A DNA stretch of 60,618 nt, filler included, from Hausera hauseri (Eukaryota), in the NCBI GenBank assembly GCA_046269625.1. It is 11 parts of 11 records of this genome, joined end to end, with 100 filler letters (N's around TTAATTAATTAA, not from the genome) between each part and the next. Parts side by side here need not be neighbours in the genome. Positions count along the whole stretch, not along the records: positions 10,154 to 14,562 come from JBJURY010595667.1; positions 14,663 to 20,253 come from JBJURY010224854.1; positions 20,354 to 24,301 come from JBJURY010865741.1; 8 more parts are not named here. One strand, given 5' to 3'. The translations under genes were made by a program, and so were the position numbers. Position 1 is the first letter of the stretch. Every line of letters begins with the position of its first letter. A model generated the notes under the pieces. The model was not told the DNA's origin, made no database searches, and saw nothing but the letters and a program-made list of their open reading frames with translations. Positions 11,457 through 23,779 of this stretch are shown in pieces.

Positions 11457-12346
11457 CGTGCTCAGGCCCAAAAGTTTTTAAACTCTCATAGAAATAACAT
11501 AGCTAGAACAACCAAAGTTTATAGTTGATTAGAGCATTATATATAGCCAAAAATCTCTGGTTTGTTTAAATGAACTACTACCTGTTTCTTGTTTTTCGCG
11601 ATTTTTTGAAAATTATGTACGAAGAAGTGAAATTTCGAAGTGTCATACGATTTTTACTATTGCGGAAGTTGGAGAAAAAAGAAATAATTAAGCAGCTACG
11701 TGATGCTTATGGCGATGAAGCACCATGCCCGACGACTATTTATAACTGGATAAATGAATTCTCCTCTGGTCGCACAAGTGTTTTTGACAGACACAGAACT
11801 AAACGACCATTAGAAATTGGACAAGAAAAATTTGAAAAATTGAAGGCAATTGTGGTGAATAAGAGGAAAATTACATAAAAAGAACTCTGTACGACTGAAT
11901 GTTGGTAAGACAACTGTTCAGCGCACGTGATGTTGAGTATTTTGGAATTCCAAAGGAGTTTTGAATATTGATTTCACTAAAGGCATCATCAATTCTGATT
12001 ATTATATCAATTTAGTTAATGAAGTCAGGACGCTCCTGTTCACTCATTACACGAACGCAAGAAGCGATCGCGAAAGCTGGATTTGTGCAGTTGGAACACC
12101 CACCATACAGCCCCGATATAGCCCCTAGTGATTTCTGACTGCTCAATGACCTGAAGAAGCACTTGCGGGGTCAGAGGTTGGAATCAAAGGAGGAACTCAA
12201 AGTAAACGTGACGAAATATGCATGGTAGAGCGCTGGAGAAAGTTGAGAAATGAGACCTATATCGTTGTCATGTTTCAAATGTAAAATTCGGTTATTCTAG
12301 CTGTTTTATTTCTATGGGTGTCTAAGGACTTTTGGGCCTTACCACG
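11457..12346 (+). mobile_element. Internally deleted mariner (Tc1/mariner) DNA transposon with both TIRs
   Basis: About 57-bp imperfect TIRs (CGTGctcAGGCCCAAAAGT...CATAGAAATAA..AGCTAGAA.AACC) with TA on both flanks. HTH ORF 11570-11878 (FRSVIRFL...YGDEAP..TTIYNW..EF.SGR) and the HPPYSPDIAPSDF motif near 12095-12135. Confidence 0.92.
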
Positions 12347-12968
12347 TATGTGTCCGATTTCTTTAAGAATTAATATTTTTGAAAGATTATCAAAATAAAT
12401 CAAATTCAAAAAGGCATAACATTACATATTTTATTCAAATGTAACTACAAATATCGTTTTTCTGAGAAACTTTTAGAAGTCATTTGAGTTATTTAAACTG
12501 AATTGATGATGTCTTGTACGTGTTCGTAAAACCCCAGATCAAAATTTATAGAAATTGGACGTCTACGAAATCTTTGTAAATGGACTTAAATTAAGTCTTC
12601 CACGACCGTATTTTGCCAAAATAATTTCCGAATCTCCCATTATTTTCTTAGACCGAAGCAATGTAATATCATTTGTAATATTTTGAAAAGTTTCGTATTT
12701 TTAATCCGCGATAACTTATTCATTTTTTGATTTCCGGTTTTCGTATCGATACTATAACATGGTAGCTCAAGCGCACAACCCAGGATATTGGCAGCGTTTT
12801 TTGAAATGTCAAAAATTTAGGTGTCTTATTGTTACCCCCCCCCCCGAATAGACTGTGCGTTTCTACAATAAGATATATAATGAAGTGCAACCAGAGATAA
12901 ATTAGTTGATAAAATACAATTTAGGGGTCATCACGTGATATATATGATTATAAATAAATTTGGTACAG

Positions 12969-14005
12969 CTAAATTTTCATGTTACGTTTTGATAATAAAT
13001 AACAAGCAACCTGGTTCCACCACAGATACATAATCAATTTCATACTATCGGCAAGTAATGATTGACCAGCACGACTGTCAATAACGTGTTTCTTGAAGGC
13101 AGCCAATAACAATGCCGCAACCCGCTGATGAAGTGATAGAGGGAGATAGAGATAACATTCATCAACACTGGTGAATCCCCAATTCAAATTGGTAAGGATG
13201 TGTCTGGCTAATTGATTACAAATTGCTGATGGAGGATTGTCCATCAACCAAGATGAAATCATTCGGAATTCCATCTCATTGGGAACAAAGAGACAGAAAG
13301 GAAGCTCACGGAATAGAAAGAGACCCATTTGACCAACAGACGGATGCCATAATTTGATGGAGTCGAGAATAACAGATAAGATGAGCGGATGTTGCAGACA
13401 AATGGATGACAGTAATTCACGACCCACTTTGGAGAATGTTGAACGAGTGGAAGGAATAACGTAGCAGATCTGGAACAGCAGGCCGGTAATGGTCGTCTGT
13501 AGTCGGTATTCGGTACGAATTTGTGATCGGCATTCGGTGGCCAAATTACACAATGCAGTTAGTAGATAGATGGCTTCACTCTGGCAGATTTGGTCAAGCG
13601 TGTCTTGCAGACCTGTCAAATACCATTCTTGTTCATGTGGCACTGATGAGGACATTCGGTGATCGATTAGCAACGATAGGAATTGTTCTTTACGTCGAGG
13701 GGATAACATGCGCCATGGTAAGTCTGGTAGACACTGCCAATTGCCGTGATACCGATTGGACAACAAAGAAATCAATCCTCGTTCATAGATGGACTCGTAT
13801 TGTGCCAGCATTAGCATACGGTCGTAATCCGTGAATTTATGTACATGTTCTGGTTGAATTGATGTGCCGAGTACGGCTTCAAGATGGTCGGTGAGAAATT
13901 GCAATGTGTGTCTGAATGGATACACGATAAGAAAGGTAGAATTGATTTTGAAACTACAGTAGAATCATCCATAGACACGCGATGGGTATCAAACTCCATC
14001 ATCAT
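12969..14005 (-). CDS. EPG5: Ectopic P-granules autophagy protein 5 (EPG5), internal exon or fragment
   Basis: STRSTFSKVGRELL...HP.I.SVILD, VG.M.LFLFRELP..LF.P, I.SWL and NQLA..IL..LNWGF match EPG5. A possible donor follows WWNQ at about 13011. A frame change near 13925 and no recognisable flanking exons mean it could be a relic. Confidence 0.78.
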
Positions 14006-14476
14006 TCCGTTATCATTTTGATGAAATGGTTACAATCGTAATTTCGTAGGCACATCTTTCATGTACAACATTTAATGCAAACCTATGTATTTGTATAAAA
14101 TTTGTAATCATTCCTTCACATGCGTTATACTTTTTTCCTAGGGTCTTATCAGTTTCTCTTTTATATAGTAAATTTTTGTTTTCAATTCATACATTGAAAC
14201 AATGACTTAATAAACATACACGTTGCGTAATAGATTATTCGAGTTATATGACAAGTGACATAAGATATTAAAATTCATGTAATATCATCCATGCCAATTC
14301 AGAAATCAATCAAGGATACGAATTCTACTGTAAGTCAGAAACACGTACAAAATATAATTTTCAAAATACATGCATGTCAAAATTTATACATGAGAATATA
14401 CGAACGACAACAAAATGAAAATTTTGCCAAAAACTCGCGGGGAATATTGAACAAGTACCGAAAATTTCCAACCGCC

Positions 14477-14562
14477 TTTTGGGGAATATTTAGATGGGGT
14501 TTTGGGGGATATTTAGATGGGGTTTTGGGGGATATTTAGATGGGGTTTTGGGGGATATTTAG
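14477..14562 (+). repeat. 23-bp G-rich tandem repeat (TTTTGGGGGATATTTAGATGGGG), about 3.7 copies, running off the contig end
   Basis: Directly visible; the period is 23. Confidence 0.93.
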
Positions 14563-14662
14563 NNNNNNNNNNNNNNNNNNNNNNNNNNNNNNNNNNNNNN
14601 NNNNNNTTAATTAATTAANNNNNNNNNNNNNNNNNNNNNNNNNNNNNNNNNNNNNNNNNNNN

Positions 14663-17350
14663 GTGATGTTAACTGATCTCGACAAAAAATCAGCAACTAG
14701 ATTGTCAGTGCCTGAAATATGTACCATTCTGAAATTGAATGTCGAGAAGTATAATATGTGACGTTCCTGTCGGAGTGAAAGTACTGTCATGTCCATAATG
14801 CAAAGCAGAGGTTTGTGATCTGTTTGGATTGTAGAAGACCTGGCAATTAACAAATGCGAGAAGTGTTTTAGGGCTAATACTGTGGCTAAGAATTCACTGT
14901 CGAAAGTTGAATAACAACTTTTTGGTTGTGTAAGTTTCCGAGAATAAAATGTCAGAGGCTCGTTGATGCCATTAGAAATTTACTGCAGTATTGAACCGAC
15001 TGCTGTGATAGAGGCGTCTCTGATTAATATCAGCTCTACGTCAGGCTTGGAGTATACTAGAATCTTAACGGTTTTTAAACCCTCACGTAAGTGGTCGAAG
15101 AGGTTTACAAGTTCAGGCGTCCAGTGAATTAACTGTTTCTATTTTCCAGGCGATAGAAATGCAAAAGGGGCAATTAATTCGGAGCAATGTGGTACGTATT
15201 TATGAACAAAGTGGAGTGTACCAAGAAAAGAGCGTATTGCAGTTGTTGTACGTGGCAGTTGAGTGTATTAAACTAAATTATGCGATTTTGTTGAGGAGGG
15301 TGGCCAGATTTGCTGATAACATGACCAAGAAAGTTGATTCTGTGTTGAAAAAAAGAGCATTTTGCCAAGTTGACATCGAGGTTACTCTGATGGGGCCTCT
15401 GAAAGACTATGTGTAAATGCTCAGAATGCTGTTTGGGAGAGGACGAAGCGATAAGGATATCACCTATGCATGGGTGCACAAAGTTTAGACCGGAGGGCAT
15501 TGTGTCTGTGTGCCTTTTAAATGTTTGTGAGGCACTACGAATTCCGAATGGCGTGAAAACATACTCGAAAATGCCTAAAGGTATTGTTACAGCCGTTTTT
15601 GGTATGTCAGCCGGTGCCACGGGAATTTGATGGTAGGCTTTATGGAGATCGATTAATGAAAATATGATGTTGCCATGGGGTCGATATGAAATGTCGTTAA
15701 CGAGCGGTAATAGATATGTATTTATTACCGTAATGGTGTTTAATTGTTGATAATCCCAACATGGCCTCAGTGCGCTATCCTTCTTGGACACAACGTGTAA
15801 TGGTGAGTCCCAAGGGGATTTTGACCTTCTTATGATTCCTGTTTTTTGTAATTCGTTAAATCCAACTTTACCGCTTTGCGTCTGCGAGGAGAAAGTGGCC
15901 TAACCTTCTGTTTAATTTGTCTTTGGTGTTCAGTGACAATGTAATGGTATGTTGTAGAAGCAGGTTTAAAATTGGGATCTTTCTTTAATGTTCTGGCACA
16001 ATAACTTGTTATGTAATCGCTAAAAGCTGAATCTAGTTGCAAGAATTTGGATACAGACTGAGAGATCACGTTTGTATTAGCAGTTGTTTTTTAGTGATTG
16101 TATGAATAGAATCGTCACAGTCAGCATTGCCAATACTCAATTCATTTACTTTGGTTACAGATTTCTTTGATATCGATTTTGGCATCGCAGCCAGATGCGC
16201 GACAAGTGTTGTACCATTTTGTGATTTTGTATTATCGATTGTATTTTTGATGACACGATGCTGTCTGCAGTCGACAAGTAAATTGTGATATGATAGAAAA
16301 TTACAACCTAATATAGGAGTTTTGATATAATCGACTATGAATTTCAAGTGGAAGAGAAATGTGCTAAGGTAAAAGAAATTCTGCAGTACCAGAAATGTGT
16401 AAAGTTTGCCCAGCGGCAGTGAAAAGTTTGGCAGACGTTGGAAGTATTTTTAAGGGTTGAAGAATGAAGAAAGTAATGAGACAGCTATACCCGAGTCAAT
16501 CCAAAATTTGATGTGGTGCGTGAAAGGTGTGAGTGCAGCGTCCAAAAGAAAAACAGAGTTGGTACGGCGATTAAGTTATGAAAAATGGCCTTTTCCAGAC
16601 GCCGCCATAGTTTCTGGCGGTTTTATTTGTTTTTTCGAATAAATGAGGATGTTGGAGTTTTCTAGGTGTAAAATTTACACCCAGGTAAGCAGGGTTCTGC
16701 ATTGTCTTTAAACTTATTTTAATAGATGCAGACCGCATCCTGTGATTGAAAACGCTACATATAGAACTTGCAGCCTATACAGCATTTTTTGGCATTTCGA
16801 TTGAATTTGGTGTGATAATAGCACACCATTCGTCGCGACGGTGACTGGCCGTGCCTAGAGTTTTCAGACGACTGTCTAATTCGATTCGCACTAAATTGAT
16901 CACGACGCGGTAGAGAAAAAGAGTCAATTTTGCTAGAGATGGCCGATATGGCTTGATGTAGGGCCACATTTTAGGCTTACAGATTTTGAATTTGAAGAAA
17001 TATACTGTTTTCGTTGTTTGATGAGTTTGCTGATTGTAGATGTGCAACTATTATTGGTGATTGCGTTGCTTGTAGAGCTGAATTCGTTTTATATGCATTA
17101 TTGTTATAAAAAATTTTGTAATTTTTGTCTTCAAGTTGTGCCAGTTTGTCGAGCAACGTAGAATACTTAACTACAGTGAGGAGTGCGCGTATTTGGTTGG
17201 TTTATTCACAAAAAATTTAACTGTGATTGTAGGGTTCCAGCGATAGGTACTGTAAAGCCATTGTGAGTGATGCAAAAGTCAGATGCACGAAGCATAGTGG
17301 AGATGACGTTGTAAAAATCTATATTGTTTGCGTGTGTTGGTGCAATTGTG
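14663..17350 (-). mobile_element. Degenerate Ty3/Gypsy LTR retrotransposon (gag, protease, RT, RNase H)
   Basis: Gag CYYHTKF..NAKKC..GCKF (two copies); protease FWIDSG..VSLL; RT SPWDSPLH.V.KKD..LRPC.DY..LN, FSLIDL.KAYHQIP, PKTAVT.P.G.FEY..PFG, C(I)GDILIAS; RNase H TDHKPL and N.VADFLSR. Many stops and frameshifts. Confidence 0.92.
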
Positions 17351-17809
17351 TAAATATGTTTGTTATTTAAAAAAAGACGAGAGAAAATGATGCGGACGTA
17401 TAGCCAAGAGAGTGTCGTGGGGCGTCAGCGAACGGTACCGTCCGACCCAGTGGCACATGGCGGGCGGCCAGGACTTCAGCCCCGCTTCGGCGAATCCCAA
17501 ACTTCGGGATGACCGAGTTTCCCGCAGAAATGATAGGTTCGGGAGTAGTGGGATTGGAGAACATGACCTCAGACCCCCTAGGATCAATAATTAATATTTT
17601 TATATGGGGAAAATTAGGGAATCAATATTATCGATTGATGTAGTCGGGGTTTCACTATTCCCACCCCTAAATTTGCTTAAATTTTGCAAAGTTCATACAC
17701 CTGTGTAAAAAACATTGTCAAAATGTACACTATGACAAAACATAAGCCATAGAAGTCTGTACAAATATTTATTAATATAACAAGCAATCGAATATTTACA
17801 CAATAATGT

Positions 17810-18500
17810 TCATAGGCGACACTTGTTTTTCAATATCCAGTGTCGTTTGTCGTCGAATGGATCTAGTGCTTTCTTTTTTGTACTGATCGTCATCAGTTGA
17901 TGGTTCTTTGTCCCAATCCGTTCTTGATCGACAATTGTCCCACATCCATTCTTATACTCTTCCAAGTAATTGTCAAAGTGTAAATCCGTTTGTTTCAAAT
18001 TGATGCCCTTGCATTTCAACACCGGTTTGCTTTTGGTTTTGAGGGCATACGATTTCGGTCTTAGGAAAATGGCTTCTTCGTATTCAACACTACCCTTACT
18101 TTCATCCTTGAATTTACCAATTACCGAAGCGAAACGAGTAGAATAAAGAGGGTCTGTAGCATCATAGTTAAAAGTGTCCAACTGCTCGTTTGCTATCCTT
18201 TCCGGTAAAAGTTGATAGTATCGCTTCAACCATTTATTGAGAAGTTTTAGGAACAAATTAACCTGCGGTATACACTTCAAGATAGCCTCCTATCTGTGGC
18301 TGAAGGTCACGTGAAGTTCCAATGGGAAAGACAAACAGACAGATTTGATATTCCCCTTCCTGAATACTCATCCATTCGCTTTAACGGAACGGTATGGCAT
18401 AACGTGGGTTCTAACGTGCAAATCTCTGTAATACCAACAACTATTATGATAGAAACTGAACAAAATATCCCGTCGCCATAGACTATTAGTTCCGGTCTAC
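17810..18500 (-). pseudogene. Polinton/adintovirus-type protein-primed DNA polymerase B, C-terminal fragment
   Basis: LDT.NY...DPLYS....VIGKFKDE..G....E.IFLRPKSYA, KCKGI, I..KNHQL.T....KKAL.PFDDKR. Homologous to the C-terminus of 36359-39902. Confidence 0.85.
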
Positions 18501-20037
18501 TAATAGTACAACGCGAATGACCAATTGCTCTTTCCTGCTATTACCACATCCTGTTGTGGACTCCCGTTCTTTCATGCGGTTAAGCAGAGAACCCGTGGAT
18601 GTCGATTTCCTTTTTGTTGGCTCTGAAACTATCCATTCTGGTACCATTAAGATATGCATTGGTATAAGCCTGGGCGTAGTACAGAACGTCACGTTAATTC
18701 AGCGTTATTCTACATGCATTAACCCACGTTTACGTTTATCTAATATTGAATCTCACATCCATGGGATCTCTCTTCAAGCGTTGAACAATGCCCCAGACTT
18801 TGAAACGGTGATACTACATGTGGCTGGATGAATCTATGGACGCGTAATTGTCACTTTCGACGTCGAACAGTTTTTATCCTGCTTCTATCTAAAGCATGAT
18901 GCTATACTAGGATGTAACGAATTGCAACGAGTTCCATGGGGATTTGTTACATATCGCGATGTTTACCGAATAAACTGCATCCGATCTCTCGGAACGTTCA
19001 ATCCTTCTAATATGATCAACGACGTTTTCGACTTGTTTCTCCATCTGCCCAGATTCAACAAACCTGATATCATTTGGACACCCGAAGCTGCTCATATTCA
19101 CCCACAAGTGTCAGATTTCGTTTTGCCCCCAGTCAGTTGGTCCGATTTGCCCCTTGACGAGCATCCAAAACCTTCAGCCTTTTTTCGCCCTCCTCCGATC
19201 TCAGTGGATCTAAATGAATGATTGGGCGCAAGTGGTGAGGCGCAATCTTTGCCCCGGCGTATGTTGAGCCGTTGAAATGTTACTTAGTAACTAAAATAAC
19301 ACTTGTGAATCGAATTGCTAACATTATTTCGTCATGTTAATATGACTAGACATTTAATATTTGCAACTGAATGTTCGTTATTGATCGTGTTGTAACAATT
19401 ATAAAAATTTTTCATTTTCTCCCACGATGTAAGCAGTATGAAACTTTTATCTGGGTTCAAATAAAATGAACAATTCATCATGACTACTGATCATTCTGTC
19501 AACCTCAATAAAAGTGAAAATACTTCGATTTTTATTTTCTTTTTATACCGTCATAAATTATAATTTATCCTTTTCTTTTAGTAAACTAATACGTTATTAA
19601 TATTCTATATTTTGGACATCGTATTTTATTAATTATTGTATTCTTGACACAATTAACATAATGGCCTTTAAGACGGAGGTTAGTGGCTATTATGGAAAAA
19701 TTAAGACGCAAGGGAATAAATAATTTGTGGTCTTTGGAACTAGCCCAGTGATTATTAGAGTATAAATTGAAGATTGAGATTAGAACTAAAATAATATAAT
19801 TGGGGTATCTTATAAAAAGTAATAAATTAAAATATGAAAGTTCTTTAGGAGCAATATTCAGTGATATGTTATTAAAGAAATTGAAGTCTTTTAGAGGACA
19901 AAAATGTTGCGAGTTGTTTGGTTATGATATTTCGATCTTGCTAAGACCTTCTTGAGAGTATGGCTATTTTGGTGGTGGTCTTCGTGAATGAGTCTATTTC
20001 TTTTGTTCTTTTCTTTTTCTTTATTTTTATTGGTTCC

Positions 20038-20253
20038 TTAAAATAATATGCTGTTTATATCGCAGATTTCTTGTTTGACGTTCAGTTGGGGTTTGGATCT
20101 TCTTATGTGGATAGCTTCTTTGATCCTTAGGTTTATTTGGTCCTTAGCTGTGTCTAGTATTTCGGTCCAGAATTCCGATTTACACTCTTGTTGGTGTTCG
20201 AACATTGAGCTTTTTTCGTCCTTTAGGTGTTCAGCTACTCTGGTGTGCAACTC
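20038..20253 (-). mobile_element. Penelope-like element, GIY-YIG endonuclease C-terminus
   Basis: LHTRVAEH....SSMFEH...C......EIL......LRIKEAIHI....PQLN is typical of the end of Penelope GIY-YIG domains. Confidence 0.82.
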
Positions 20254-20353
20254 NNNNNNNNNNNNNNNNNNNNNNNNNNNNNNNNNNNNNNNNNNNNTTA
20301 ATTAATTAANNNNNNNNNNNNNNNNNNNNNNNNNNNNNNNNNNNNNNNNNNNN

Positions 20354-22085
20354 CAATTAATGAGTGCAGTAAGGCTTTCATTAACGAGTTACTGTTCATT
20401 TGATCTGTTTGAGTTGAATTGTTTTTTGTTTCTTTCTTTTCGCTCGGTTGCGTTTCTATTTCACTTTCCTCATTAAACAATGGTTCGAGGATCTCGCAAT
20501 CCATGATCTCAAATTCTTCTTCATTGTTAATCATCATAGGTTTTACCAGTTCGACTTCATGCCCTTTTTGTATAGTGGCTTGAACATCATATTTCCATTG
20601 TAAGTCTCCCAAATATTTTGGTTCTCTGTTCAAAATGTCTCCAAAGTCAACAATATTGTTATGAAGTTCAGGTGGTATCCATTCATACGTCTCAGTGAGT
20701 CTTTTATGAGCGTCTATAGTAAGCTGCAACCTTCCTTCAGTGGTGCTCGGAAATCTGTCCAGCTTAAGGATTATTATCATTTGACTTATCGTCTTTATTC
20801 TTTTATCCATAGTGTTTTCGGTGCATTTAAGTGAATCGAAGATAGAGCACGTTCGATTCAGTGGGATCTTCAATGCTCCAAATGTTTTATACGCTTCCAA
20901 TATTATTATTTTGAAACCGAGTATGTACTTTTCGATTCCTTTCTGTGCTTCATGAGAATCCATACCGTTCTCTATCTGTTCCCAGGTGAGCATATGTCTG
21001 GTACTATTCAGATTGTGTATATTTCTGCGTGGAGCAATGACGCTGTTTAAGAGTATTCCTCCTTTCTTGTCCGCTATCATTATTTCTACAGGCAAAGGGA
21101 CTTGCATTCCATTAGATTTGTTACCGTAGGCAAAGGAGACGGCTAAGTATCTCGTACTCTGAGCTTTACTTGTGTACATAATGTTTGGCTCCCCTATTAG
21201 TTCCTCATCTGTTGGCTCTATTTTGTACTTCAACGGGAGTAAATTCGGAAATTGCTTTTCTCGTCTAATAATTTCTATCATGCCCATATTTATGAACTCT
21301 TTGGCAATTATTCTTGTATTCTGAGGATCTACTGGGAAATTGATTTGACAAGATTCCTGTCCATTTATGGTTTCCAAATTATTCCTGCGTCCTTTTAGAC
21401 CTCTGAATACTAACATAATCTTTCCGATTTCCAAATGTACTGTAATTCCGACGTTGTCTCTTGTCCAGATTGGGAATCTGAGCGTGGTTTCGGAATTGAA
21501 TATTTTGAATGGAAGGAATTCTGTGTTCCTTTGCTCGCCATATTTTAAATTATTGGGTATCTTGGTAACATCATTAATTCGATCCACTGGGGAATCTAAA
21601 TGTGCCAATATTTTGTCGTAGAAAGAATAGCTCATGTTGTTTTCTGCTGTGCTGAGTCTAAGTATTGGTTTTTGCTCATTTAATCGCTGAATCGGAATAT
21701 TTTCGGGTATCTTAAATTCTTTGTTTTCATTGCACTTTGGTGGTTGACGATTTCTGATTGAATCCTGGTTTCCGAGTTCCGGAGCTTGATTAGTTGACCT
21801 GCCTGACATAGACTTATTTTCATCATTCTGCTGTTGCACCAATGTTTTATAATTTTCTTGGCTGCATATAATTGGTCAACAAATGAAATTTCTTAATGAG
21901 TTAAATATCCCTTTCTGATTGGTTCTAGATTTATAGAAAGCATAACACATCATGATTGATCCTGTGAGAGTAAGGATTGTTACTACTAATGTAAAGTCTA
22001 ATTGTATTGGATGACTTGGGGCCATGTTTTTGATAATCAACAATGTTAGTATTGGCGTAAAGCAAAACACTCTGTGTATTGTCAT
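20354..22085 (-). pseudogene. Accessory ORF: TM anchors, possible HSP20-like domain and an inactive DEDDh exonuclease-like domain
   Basis: ORF 21876-22085 is in frame with 20354-21842 across one TGA, which aligns to Arg in copy A (FIC*PII versus LISRPII). The exonuclease-like pattern lies at 20688-21152. Confidence 0.6.
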
Positions 22086-23621
22086 TTGGATCAGTTAATA
22101 TGGGCTCGTTAACTACTGCACCTCTTATCTCACTTATCTCCATTCTATCATTTAAAGCGAAGAGTGGCTCTTGAACGGTATATGCTCCATTATTATTTCG
22201 GATTACCGAATAATGAGATCCGTATAGTTTCTTCTTTTTACATTTGACTTTATGCCCAAATGCGACGAATAAACTGACGATGATACCCAATAGTAATAAG
22301 ATGAGAAATACCCACCAATACTGGGTAAAATATATTTCCGTGATTATTGGCGCAGGTGTAGTTTTCTGCCAATTCTCGTCCTTCTCATTGTAATGTATAT
22401 TTCTGTATCTATCCGCTGCAGGTAGTGTCCTTATGGCCAGAAGTTTTGAATTGTCATTAGTTCTGATGTTCACTAAATAATTCGTGTCTGGGGTCAATTT
22501 TTCACAAAAATTTCGTTTGTTCGTATTGTAATTAAAACTGGTTTTCTCATGAGTACCTGTACATGATTTACATATGGTGTTAACCTGACCTTTATTGGAA
22601 ACTCTTTTATGAGTTTTCCATAAAACACATGTTTGTTTATCCTCGATTTCTGTACTATTATTTTCTCTTGTTTCGGTAAATTCAGCGTCAGTTCCCTTTC
22701 CGGTTTGTTTTGATTTTCTGCTCTTGATTTTTGTGGACTCTTTGTTGTTGACTGGTGTCGATTCTCTAAACTCTTTGTTGTTGACTTGTGTTGACTCTCT
22801 AATTTTCCCCTACCCTTAAAAGTAATGGTCCGAGTAGTTGATGAATGCGTAACTGTCGTACTTTTAGTTTTAATAGTTGTGCGTGGAGGCGCGTGTAATC
22901 TCAATGGCGTCTGTGTGAGAAAAATATAGAATGGTAGTTGGGACGAATGTATGCGATTAGAAGGTTGCATACCATGTCTGAGATACATATCGAAACGAAT
23001 AATATATCGAATATCATTCCAAATAGTACAACAGACTCGTGGATGACCTCCATTCAGGTGACATAGATGCATTTGAGGCACGACGTGAGGAAAAGAGTCG
23101 AACCATATCTGAATTTCATATCCGAGAGGCAGACGTTGTAAGGTTTGAAAATTGATGCAGGAACGAGTTCGATGCACATTGATCATTACAAGATTATTCT
23201 TCAAGAATTGAGTAGTAAACTCATCTTGTAGTGGTGCAGGAGAATTACCGAGAAAGTCCATGACATAATACACTGGAACATGAATATTGAAATGAGGGTC
23301 CCATTTGGAGATGTATTCCTCATGTCTCGTCTTTTTAAGCAATATATAGTAAGTATATGATGTATCATATTCGAGTTGACAGCATGTCTGATTATATTTT
23401 TCAAAGATTGAGCAAGTGGTTATTTCCTTATCCGATGAGGTGAAGATAATTTTAATTTCGTGTTGTGGAGGAACTGGTGAATGTGTTTGTAAGCAAATAC
23501 TAGGTTTATCAACGTCGACGTGAGTAATGGTCGTGTGTTGAATCAAGTCGACATAGTCGTTTGCGGCTATTACCGTTTTCACAGAAAACATTATGAGGAT
23601 TAATAGAACTATTCCAATATA
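21931..23621 (-). pseudogene. Env-position type I membrane protein: signal peptide, two Cys-rich repeats, Ser/Thr stalk, FN3-like domain, TM
   Basis: Signal YIGIVLLILIMFSVKTVIAA; repeats PSICLQT..C..CC..Y and SCINFQT..C..CC..Y; TTIKTKSTTVTHSSTT; CEK-LTPDTNYLVNIRT; TM YWWVFLILLLLGIIVSLFVAF followed by basic HKVKCKKKK. Frameshift near 22497. Confidence 0.65.
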
Positions 23622-23779
23622 TTTACCTGGAGTGAGGTGAATGCGATAAATAGTAGAGTTATGTTTATCCCATTTTTGTTGCAGGGATAAGGCAGCGGCT
23701 TTGTTATCTACCATTATTGGTGATTCTAGCTCTGATTGTCTTATGAATTCAGTATATAAAGAGGGTGCTCTCGTAACTC

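Noticed and set aside
12760-12860. GGGGTAACAATAAGACACC as a pogo-like transposon end
   Set aside because: No matching second terminus or transposase was found in the contig.
13523-13834. Antisense or alternative-frame ORFs over recognised genes (also 4363-5337, 48513-48923, 52920-53334 and others)
   Set aside because: These are shadow ORFs with no motifs, explained by the coding sequence on the other strand or frame.
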